A DNA stretch of 64,000 bases from Mytilus trossulus (taxonomy: Eukaryota), in contig NC_086379.1 in NCBI RefSeq assembly GCF_036588685.1, forward strand, positions 37,448,001 through 37,512,000. Direction: 5' to 3'. Below are positions 53,073 through 64,000 of the stretch, piece by piece (the first letter of the stretch is position 1; the number at the start of each line of letters is the position of its first letter). The notes beneath the pieces are model-generated. The model saw only the letters and a program-made list of their open reading frames with translations, made no database searches and had not been told where the DNA came from. Both the position numbers and the translations under genes were made by a program.

Positions 53073-56000
53073 ATGGCCTCCGACGATGAGGTTCGTCTTT
53101 CTTAGAAAATAGTTATAAAAGGAAAATATAACACGTTTGTTACGAATTTTCCACTTCCCACTACTCATATCCTATTATTGATTGCATGAATTTCTTTAAG
53201 CATGATTGACATGTATATTGACAGACAAAAATTGGTGTTTCTCATGTGGAAGAAAATCGTGACATTTTCACACTTGCATGCTTCCAAATGCATTCAATAT
53301 TCTTCGATTAATTAGCAAATCATGGAGTTTTATATGTTTAAAGTCTAATTTATAAAATATCCATTCTGTTTAGGAACAGTTCTCATTGTTTAAACCTGAA
53401 TAATTTTGATAAAGAAACCATTTAACACATATTTTGTAATTCCCCATATGGGTTTTAAATAGGCAGTGTCTGCGCGTACCTGCATGCGGGTACGAATAGT
53501 CAAATTGCCGTTCTAGGCTGCGCGTACCCACATCCGGTTTTCTAATAAAAGGCCATCGAATCGGGAATGAAACGTGAAATATGTAAGAAAATTATTGATA
53601 GTAAAGGGATTTCGTGTAGAACGAGTGAAGAATATGAAAAAATAATATTTTCAAATTGTATTTATTAATTAAAATTAAATGCACAATGATGGAAAATTAA
53701 ACTGTACAGTCCCTGAAAAGAAAAAAGTAAAAGAAAACTACTAAAATTAAAGCTGGAGTTTATAAAAATTAAAGAAGCAAGTTATAATATCAATTTAAAC
53801 CAATTACAAAAGATTCCTGTAACTAATTAAGGTTTGGAACACATTTTACATATCAAATATGATTGTTTTGGCACGGATTTTAACCCGGCTGCACATTTCA
53901 AATGTTGCCAGCCTCCGTTCACGTTTCATTAATCATTATTACTTGCTTCTTTAAATTTTAATTTTTATAAACTCATGCTTTAATTTAAGCAGTTTTATAT
54001 ATTTTAAAATTTTAGTTTCTGTTTTACATTTTACTTAAAGATTATTTTAAAATATCATATGGGTATATTTTTAATTTATAAAAAAAATATTCTTTAAATT
54101 TGCATTAAAATTTTATAATAGTATTAATTTCTATCATGTTTTACTTTTACAGGGACTGTACAGGTTCATTTTCCATCATTGTGCATTTAATTTTGCAATG
54201 ATTATTATGTATCATTATTTAATAAATACAATTTGAAAATATCCCCATTTTATCGATAATTTCCTAGATATTTCACGTTTTATACCCGATCCAATGGCAT
54301 TTTATTAGAAAACTGGATGTGGGTACGCGCAGCCTAGAACGGCAATTTGACTATTCGTACCCGTATGCGGGTACGCGCAGACACTGCCTTTTAGCGTGTG
54401 ACAGTTATTATAAAAGTACTCACTTTTAATATGAGTGACAAGATTCCTTTTTTTTATTATTAAAACTACTTATTCCAATTAAATATATAAAAACAAAAGT
54501 TCCAGGTTGACAGGTTCAAGCAGAAAGATTTTGAAAGCAGAGAAAACTGTGCATCTTATAATCTGCATGACTTTATCTGATACCGATACTTCAATAAGAC
54601 TTACGCATAGTTATATACTGTAATTAAGTCACAGACCTGCAATTTCACGGGCATGTTCTAGCATACATGTACCTTAAAATAACTCAAAGTGGTCTTATTG
54701 GGGGGGGGGGGGGGGGGGGGGGGTTCCGATCCCAAATCCTGCTTACTGTTTTGTCAGATTCCTGTATCCCGGTTACACTATGTATGTTATTCTCATTTTT
54801 GTCGAGCCGTGACTTTAGTCGAAAAAGCGAGACTAAGCGATACTACTTTCCGTCGTAGTCGGCGGTGTCCACAAATATTCACTCTGTGGTTAAAGTTTTT
54901 GAAATTTTAATAAGTTTCTTATACTATACTGGATTTCTACCAAACTTGGACAGAAGCTTGTTTATCATGTTTATGATCACAAGATAGTATCCAGAAGTAG
55001 ATTTTGAAAAAATATAATTCCATTTTTTCCGTATTTTACTTATACATGTTATAAATGGACTTAGATTTTTCTGCGGGGAAACATAACATTCACTATGTGG
55101 TTAAAGTTTTTAGAATTTTAATAACTTCACAAACTATCCTGGGTTTGTACCAAACTTGGACAGAAGCTTGTTTATGATCATAAAATAGTATCCAGAAGTA
55201 AATTTTGTAAAAAAATTAATTCATTTTTTCCGTATTTAACTTTTAAATGGACTTAGTTTTTCTGCTGGGAAACATTACATTCACTCTGTGGTTAAAGTTT
55301 TTAAAATTTTAATAACTTTCTTAAACTATCCTGGGTTTGTACCAAACTTGGACAGAAGCTTAATTTTGTTCATAAGATAGTATCCAGAAGTAAATTTTGT
55401 AAAAAGATAACTCCATTTTTTCCGTATTTTACTTTTAAATGGACTTAGTTTTTCTGCTGGGAAACATTACATTCACTCTGTGGTTAAAGTTTTTAAAATT
55501 TTAATTAGATTCATTAACTATCCTAGATATTTACCAAACTTGGCCAGAAGGTTCTTACAATCATAAGATAGTATCAAGAGGAATATTTTTATTAATTTTT
55601 TTCCTCATTGTTGTTGAGCCTGCAATTTACAGCAAAGGTAGGCGAGACACCCCCGCGGAACCCTTACAATTTTTTTTGTCATTTCCCAGGTCCCGCAGGA
55701 CCTCATTTCTGTTTTCAAGCCACAATAATTTGACTTTCATGTGTCACGCTTACAAATAATCAGCAATCCCGCGTCACGATTACAAATGTAGACCCCAATG
55801 AGATCCACACACAAGGTACTTAATTCAAAAGTTTGAAAAAATGTGCGCACTGGTGAAATTGATATTCCAAGATGAAGGGATAATTGATTTATGCAGGAAA
55901 ATTATAGAAAAGTCTGTGAAAATATGGAAAATCAATGAAATTAGCATTTGAAAATCAAAGAAAATACCAAAATCACATAAATAGGGGATAACTGAATATT

Positions 56001-59000
56001 AAAAAATCACTGAAATAGGTGATAATGAAATCACTTGTTTAAGTAGCACCCCTGATTGATAAGTGTTATTTGAGGTCTGTCTAATGGTCTAAGGTTTCAG
56101 GAAAACATAATTTTGGCTTAAATACATGTATGTACATGTATGATTAGTTGTAACAATATTAGATCTAGCAAGAATTTGTATAGTTGCCAGAACAAATATA
56201 CAAATCCTTGGATCTAGGTAACTTTAAAATGTGTGATGTTTTTGTACCTATCTAGTTGTGTAGAAAAGGTTGGATACAAATTTAAACGATTTGAGACAGC
56301 TACCTCCCTTTTGTCCCTATTTTCAAGGTGTAACTGTCATGCTAAGATTCTTTCATATTAAAAACAGACAACTTCAGCTTGCTGTACTTACATGACTTAC
56401 TGCTAGACTTCAGAAAAACTGATTTTCTGAATAATTTTATTTCTTTTAGCCTACTCTAAAATATGGCTCGAATGGAAACATTTTAAATTTATTTTATGTG
56501 GAAAAAACAATAGTCAAGAATTCCTGTACACAGGAAACTAAACTAAAGTCTCTTCAAATTGATATCTTTCTTTCAATGGATTATTGCTGCCAATTACTCC
56601 TTTGAAGGAATCTTGTATGAATGCATTCCTGATGAAAATATACAGAAACTACGAGCCACATTATCTTAGAATTGTTTATACTTTCATTTCATTTTATTTT
56701 TAGGATGACTTGGAGGCACTTCGTATGTTGGCCTTGGCTTCTATGAAAAATGTGAGTAATGTATTTTTCATTTTCTTTCTTTAATTTTATAGTCATGATC
56801 ATGATGATAGTTATTGCTTTCAAAAAATCAGATGAGTTGATTTAATTGGAAGACTTTATTAATCATTGTACCTCTTTGTCTTTACCTTGTGCTTCTTGTA
56901 TATACTATAGAATAATTAAAGTACATGTATCTCAGCATCTATCAAATTGAGAATGGAAAAAAGAGACATCAACCATACCAAAGAGCAGAAAACAGCCAAA
57001 GGCCACCAATGGGTCTTCAATACAGCAAGTAAATCCTGCAGCCAGAGGCATACTTTAGCTGGCCCTTTAAACAAAAATGTGTACTAGTCTGGAGTGATAA
57101 TGCTAACAAATAAACTTTCTAGGACTGTGCATGTGTTTATTTACAGCGGATACATTTATATCAGTTTCATATGATTATGTTAGTATATTTATCAGTAACT
57201 GCAAAAGAGTAATGATAAAACGCCTATATATCCATCAGTCATTTTTGTCAGTGGGGTAGATAAATAGTTAATGTAACCAAAGTAAGTATTCCATGCAATT
57301 GCATTTCAATCCAATGAAGAGTTGTATCCTTATTTTTTTTTTTTTTTTTTTTTTAATGTTTAATTAGGCTACAATATGGTATCCATCTCAACAAGTGGAT
57401 CTTAGATTTTTGAGGGGAGAGAAATACTGGAAAACGCTATATATGTATCACAGAGCTGAGCAATGCAAAAATATTTTGATCATTTTAGGCCGAATGCTGA
57501 TTTTTCGAATCAAAAATTTTGACACCCTCTATGCCCCCTCTTTAACTCTGCACCTGTCCCTTAATTACCCAGGAGATTGTTCATAGGGTTTAACATGGTT
57601 AGATTTTAATTTATTTATACAGAATACTAATGTTTTCTAACTGTATTTTCAGAAAAAGAAGGCAGATATACCTAAAAAGTCAGACGCACCTAAGACCAGT
57701 GTACATCTACATCCACATCCATTAGATGTGTTAACGGCTACCAGTGGTATTATTACAAAATCTGTAACTAAGGTAACTTCAGTATTCAAAAATTATAAAA
57801 TTAAAATATGGTGTAATTGCACACAATAATAGGAAATGAACTTACCTGTATACACATCACTTCAAAGTATACAATTATTATTGGTTTATAGTGGAAAATA
57901 AAATTTAAGAACTGAATTTTGAATATTATTATTCTTAACATTTTATTTACCAGCTAGGTACATGTACTTTGATTGAAAATTTGTAAAAATCATAGTTTTT
58001 GTCTCTTGTTTCCTGCAGGGGCGTAGCTAGAAAGAAACGATGTGCAAGCAACTACCGCTGAGCGGAGCGTGGCGAACAAATTTTGGGACCCTTTTAATCA
58101 GGAAAATAGGTTTTTTTCGGTTTTCGGTCATAGGACAGTTGATAGAGGAGCTTCATGTAGATAGAACTTCTAAACAATTTATGAATGTAAAACTATTTAT
58201 AAAGCTTCTGAATAGAGTTAATCATGCTTAATTGAAAACATAAACTACACATTTTTCTGATACAGAATTTACTCGAAATTGTCAAAAATCTGCTCTTCGG
58301 GTCTAGGCAGAAACGAACTTCTCTATTTATTTGTCGGCAATATTTACACTATCCCGATGAATATGCAGTAATTCTAGCGATGATAACCTGTCATTGTTCA
58401 TTGGTGATCGTACATTTGATTTTAACAGACGTGGTACATTGATAGATCTCCACGGTAGCACTCGCGAGATGTTATAAACCTGTGTACGTGTTCGCCATCG
58501 AGCGACCTCCCAATTGAATTCGTCAAAATTACATACCAGGTCAGTTTCATATGTCTCTGACAATGTTGAGATTTGATCTTTTGTTATATTTCCTACAACA
58601 GCAGGAAGAAGATACGACACAAAGAAGCGATTTTCTGATAATACCAGACGCGACTCCACTCTCCAGTTCCATTATCATAGGCATTCGATTTTCATATGGT
58701 CTAGAAACGCAAAATATAATGAGACTTTCCAATACTGTTTTGGCGTGTTTGTAGGATGAGTGGCTCTGGTAGTCCGTCGAACACATCGCCATGGCATAAT
58801 TTCAATAATATCGAAGGGTTCTGATAAATCTCATGCCAATTGATACATCTCATTCCAAACAGATAAACCGTACTCTGTAAAATGTGCTCCGAAACTACAT
58901 GTGTAAGACTGAGTATGACAAATTCAAATCTTGTAAAAGATACAAGTTACACTGTCCAATTTCGTCATGCATGATCTTCAATAAAACTTCTATTCTGAAA

Positions 59001-62000
59001 CCAAATGCCGTTATTTAATGACATTTCATAAATTAAAAATGTGACAACATATGTCATGTATGTGTTATCTTTAAAATTTAATTTGTAATTTTTTAATTTT
59101 GCAATATTTTTTTTTGCATGCCGAACCGATGTGCACGCAATTGCGTGTTGGCATATAGGGAGCTACGCGCCTGTCCTGTGACCATAATGCAGGATAAAAC
59201 TTCTCACCAATTGATTCTGATATTCAATTGCTATTTTGAATTCAGATTCAGGCTTTTGAAAGTCTGTGAGTCTATAATTGAAAGTTCTATTGGGATAAGT
59301 ATATACAAATGTTATACATTAATAGAATAAACATATACAATATTGAAAAAACACTATAAATTAAAAAAAACAAAAAAAAACTTCAATGTTTGTATATAAT
59401 ACACACCCCTTTCATGTGCTTTACCAATTACTGTTTAGGGGTAAACAAGTGTGTACAATACACACCTATTTAATACATTACTTTATCAATGTTTAAACTT
59501 GATGTAAGTATGATGATACACTGCTCTTTTTACACTGCACGTTAAGCAACCAACAATCAATCAATCACTGCTCTTTTAGTTTTATTCATGAAAATGTTAA
59601 ACATCTTACAGAATGTACCTATTACCAGCTACAGTAGTTATGCTCCTCCATATGGACAACCACTTACTCACCAATATCCTGTTGGACAGCCAGTTCAGTA
59701 TTCAGGAAACTACAGTACTAGTACTGTGGAACATTACAGTAACACCAACAACTACAGTACTGGTGGCACCTTTCCTGGCAGACAACAACAGAAGGTTCCA
59801 GAATATAGGAAAAATCAACAAAAGGTACCAGAATTTAGGAAAAATCAACAGAGACAAAATGTCGCTAGTAATCCTCCCCGACAGAGTAACTTGATTGTAA
59901 TTAATACTGTTCCTATGAAGGGGGAGGAAAAATCAGCATTAAAAACAGCGGGAAAGAATATCACAGTAAAGAGTGATTCTACCAAACCTGCACTAATCAG
60001 ACCTCAAGATAAATGGGCATTGACTGATGAGGATAGCCAGTCATCTACTCCTACCAGAACAAAGGGTTAGTTTAATGTTATTTTGGAATTTATTTGATTT
60101 GCATGTTATAAAAAAGGGGGGGATAAGATGTATCTATTCATGACTTTTTTTTATTATTAAATGCATTTAACTAAACTTAAAACAAAAGTATAGGGCTCAT
60201 ATTGCTGTTCTTCATTTCATAGTCACATTTAGAATATTAACAAAGAAGCAACACTTCACACATCACTTTAAGTTCAAGACAGACCTAATCACTGGTTTGA
60301 GCAATGTCATTATTTTACTTTAAAATTGAGAATGGAAATGGGGAATGTGCCAAACAGACAACAACCTGACTATGGAGCAGACATATAAAACGATAAATAA
60401 CCTCATTATAATACCAGGCATTTAGTATTGTACACCAGAAACATAATTTGTCTACATAAGACTTGGTCAGCAGTGACATTTAAATAAAAAAAGGGAAAAC
60501 ATCAAATCATGTATGAAGTGTAATATAAGTATAGCACCTTAACTTTATAATGAATGTGTAGACTACCCACTGTGGACAGATTGAAAAAACAGAATCAATC
60601 TTAACTATAGTATAAATATATGACAAATTTTTGTTTGTTCCTCCTTTACTTTTCTACAGGCACTGACAAGTTTTCAAGATATCGGTCAGATTCAGAGAGC
60701 GACAGTGAACAAAGCTCAGATGACAGCGATAACGAGAAAATAAATAAATCAAGGAGGTCCCATCTCAGTTCTGATAATGATTCTGCAGATGATAGTCGGA
60801 CAAATCATTCCATTCGATCTAGAAAATATTCAGGTCGCTCTGATGGCGATTTTTCTGAAAGACGAAAAAGTTTTCAGGGACATGACGATGAAATAAAGAG
60901 TAACAAGCCTGATGATGAATTAGAAGATAGCAAATCCTCAAAGTCATTGTCTTTGGTGTCATCGTCTTCATCTAGTTCTGACAGTGAAAGTGACGAAGAG
61001 AAAAATAAAAGTTCTGAGTCCAATTTAAATAAATCATCTTCACCAGAAAAGGATATCATAAATGTTGTCAAAACTGAATTTGCTAAACATGTGTCAAAAC
61101 TTAACTCGGAACTAGAAAAGAAAATCGAAAATTTGTCTAAAAGTGATCAGACTGTCAACACAAAATTGAGTACATCCAAACAGACTTTAAACACAAAATC
61201 AAGTACATCTAATAGTGCAAAATCTAACGGGAAGTCTCGACAGATGGATGATAACATCAAAAATATCCCAATGCCTGCCATAAAAAAGGCACCTGAGAAG
61301 TCAGTAGAAATAAAAAATGAATCTTCTAAACGCATAACTTCAGATTCTAAAAAAGACACTAAAGAAAATATTAAATCTAAACAGAAAACTACAGATTGTA
61401 TAAAAGAATTAAAGACAATTCAGCCAAAAAAAGTGACTTCCAATGTTCCAAAAGAATCTAAGGATTCTATTTCTTCAAAACAGGTAACTTCTGAATCTGA
61501 AAAAACTAAACTAGTTACACAGGAAAAATCAGACCTAAAAAGAAGGTCAAGGTCAAAGACTCCAGTGAGAAAATTCTGCTTCAAATCAGGATCACCTATC
61601 AGAAGAAAATCAAGATCACCTTCAAAATCAGAGGAAAAAATTAAAGATGCTAACAGAAGAGCAAGGAACGCAAGATCAATATCATCAGTCAAACGAAGAC
61701 AATCAAGGTCCTTAACTCCTCCAGTCAGGAAGAGAAAATCAAGATCTGTAACACCACCTCAGAGAAAAAAGTTACCAGTTACAAAACGAAAATCAAGGTC
61801 AAAATCTCCAGTTATTGTGAAGAAGTCTGGGTCTAGTTCTCCTGTAACAAAATGGGCTTTCAGGTCTGGCTCTCCAATTAGAAGAAAAAGATCAACTAGT
61901 GCAGAAAAGAAAAAATCTTGGTCAAGATCGCCAGTAAGAAGAAAATCTCCAGTGAGGAAAAGACGTTCAAGATCCAAGTCTCCTTTGGTGCCCAAAAAAT

Positions 62001-63957
62001 ATAAACTTGATTCACCAAAGCGTCATAGATCAGTGTCACCGTTTGGAAAATGGAAATCTAGGTCTCGCTCACCAGTCTCTAAAACTTCAAAAACAAATAA
62101 GGATGTAAATAAGGGTCAGGTCAAAACAGTTAAAAAATCATTGAAAATGTCAAAGAAAAAAGGTAAAATTTCAGATGAGAATACAAACGAGAAACTTGAA
62201 GCTAGGAAAAAAAAGTTTGAAAGTGCTAATGTACCTGAAAGTGATAAGTCTTCAAAGAAAATATCACTTAAAGGAATTGTAACTAAAGGCAAGAAGAAAA
62301 AACTGAAGGAAACTGGTCGTAAAACCGGAAGTGAAAAAGTTTCACACGGAAGAGAAATTACTGAAAGAGAACCAGCAATCAGTGAAACAAAGTCTAGTCA
62401 AAAGTTGAAGAATATTGCAAAATTAGAAAAAACTGAAAAATCTAAAACTCCAAAGAAACATGAGAAAAGAAGAACAAGCAGCACAGATAAAAAATCTGAT
62501 TCAAAGAAAAAAATTACGCCCAAAAAACATGGAGACAACGAATCTGACAGTTCTAGTAGCTCAGAGAATGTGTTGTCAAGTGACAGTGACAGCGATTCTG
62601 ACAGTCAAACATGGCGGAACAAAAAATCTACAAAGTCAGAAAGAATGCAAGAAGATATTGAAAGGGAAAGGCGACAGAGAATTAAGCAAGAGAGAGTCCA
62701 CAACAGGAGAACAAGTAGAGATACTGAATCAAATTCCTTCCACAGAAACTTTAATGATAATAGTTGGCAAAATCGTAGACAAAGAGATGATAGATTTAAG
62801 GAACATCGTAATAAAATATTCGTCGAAATGAGTGATGAAGAAGACTCTGGACGATATTCTAGTCACAAAAGGTCAGATTCACGGAAATCATACTTTGATT
62901 CCAAAAACAATGGGGATGGTAGATCACTTAAAATAGAGGTTAACGACAATGGAAAGAAGAGAACACGGCTAGTGTCTACTGATGATAAAGATTCTACAGC
63001 ATTAGGTCAAAGGAAAACTGATAACGGTCGTTCTAAAAGTCCAACAGTAACTGTAACCCTGAAGACAGGTAAGATCTTAGGCCATACATAATGAATTTTT
63101 GGTCAGGTACATGAAGTACCATGAATGTTTGGTCGGTGGACACATGGTGGATAAGATGATGTACAGGATTAGAAAAGGGGGATCAATAAACCGTCAATTG
63201 TATTTATCTTGATAATAAATTCTTAACATTCAACCTAATGAACAACATTTTTATTTAAATATTTCATTTTCTGAGACGCAAACACAATATTTACAGCTCA
63301 TTTAACATGTTTAACTACAGACTTAGTTTCAGTTATTTAATTTTCAGAATTGTACGAAATGTTATTAATTATCCTGGTTTTTATTGAGAAAAATGGACCT
63401 TGCCTTACCTCTACAAATATGCCTGGCTTAGAAGAATGCATAAATTTATAATTTGTTTGAATCTTCAGATGTTCAGAGAAAGAAATAATTGTTATTTTGT
63501 AAATACCAGAAATTTTCATAGGATATTAAGTATAAGTTTATAATTATAAATTACAATTTAATTTTTTTATGTTTTTTATAAATATTTTCTATATAACATT
63601 TGATGAGAATCAGACAAATTATAACACATTTCATGTTTATAAAAGAATACACAATGCACTCAATATTTTATTTGTTTTCACCTATAGGAGATGATGAAAA
63701 TAACTTGTCTGTCAAAAAATCAAAGGTGTCCGTCCACGACAGACTTGGTAAACAATTGTCAGATGACAGAAAAGTTGTCACAAAGTCAAAGGCCAGGAGG
63801 GTGGAAGAAATTGATGATGATGATGATGATGAGGATGATAGGCCTTCAAAGAAACTAAGAATAGATGACAGACCAAAAGTACGGTCATCTGTTGCTGATA
63901 GAGTTAGACCGGAAAGAAGATCTTCAGATGAATTAGACCAAAAGAATTCAAAATCAG
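53073..63957 (+). CDS. Uncharacterised Ser/Arg-rich (RS-repeat) nuclear protein, 3'-incomplete
   Basis: In-phase GT-AG exons 53073-53090 (MASDDE), 56704-56751 (DDLEALRMLALASMKN), 57653-57772, 59612-60065, 60660-63068 and 63688-63957. Many RSRSxSP repeats, acidic Ser tracts, SVHDRLG motif. The last four exons are well supported; the first two are short and less certain. Confidence 0.8.
53462..54388. mobile_element. Foldback/MITE with long TIRs
   Basis: ggcagtgtctgcgcgtacc...ctgtacagtccctg (~53462-53715) mirrors ~54149-54388; AT-rich core; no clean TSD. Confidence 0.85.
54795..55678 (+). mobile_element. Helentron-associated non-autonomous element (HINE-like) with an internal tandem array
   Basis: T-rich flanks and GCGAGAC near both ends. 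About 3.7 units start at 54877, 55088, 55279 and 55471 (periods 211, 191, 192). Confidence 0.7.
56943..57100 (-). repeat. Diverged short copy of the 7451-8300 repeat tail
   Basis: aaattgagaatggaaa...ggtcttcaat...agctggccc; another stub at ~60322-60385. Confidence 0.7.
58016..59173 (-). mobile_element. Internally deleted hAT transposon with a dimerization-domain relic and 5-bp TSD
   Basis: TIR caggggcgtagct / agctacgcgcctg; TCCTG at 58011-58015 and 59174-59178. Minus-strand LKSNVRSPMNNDRLSSLELLHIHRD matches the hAT C-terminal motif. Confidence 0.85.
60431..60477 (-). other. Decayed hammerhead-like relic
   Basis: Minus strand cactg-CTGAccaa-GTCT-tatgt-AGAC-aaat...TC-tggtgta keeps stem II and the same 3' stem I as the 3.9-4.7 kb ribozymes, but the core is mutated. 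Confidence 0.4.
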
Positions 63958-64000
63958 GTATTCAAATTATCTAATAACAGTCAACCCTTACTGACTTTGT

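Noticed and set aside
54699-54723. 25-nt poly-G run as a G-quadruplex or Gly-repeat ORF
   Set aside because: A homopolymer within intronic repeat debris; its length is unreliable and the ORFs are spurious.
60874-62831. Antisense and alternative-frame ORFs over the RS-rich exon (likewise over pol, TRIM, TPMT and MELK)
   Set aside because: Shadow ORFs of real coding sequence.

Overview
AT-rich, intron-containing animal genomic DNA. It is most likely a bivalve, probably a Mytilus-type mussel (inferred from the repeat landscape and gene style; not verified by search). The left half (1-33 kb) is transposon-rich. It contains a disrupted Ty3/Gypsy pol with PPT and 3' LTR, a 1.4-kb tandem-plus-inverted insertion carrying three hammerhead ribozymes, Penelope-like relics, a decayed spliced Mutator-like transposase and an intronless RING/B-box TRIM gene. 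It also holds a 6-kb nested transposon (Kolobok-type shell containing a MULE-type element and a LINE) and a TPMT gene with a single coding exon. The right half holds a complete MELK kinase gene (- strand, 14 coding exons, 659 aa) head-to-head with an unnamed Ser/Arg-rich protein gene (+ strand, runs off the window), and their introns are full of MITEs. The most notable signals are the minimal type I hammerhead ribozymes (three in one TSD-flanked foldback insertion, one in a MELK intron), the nested element with possible cargo, and several hAT-like elements with 5-6 bp rather than 8 bp TSDs.
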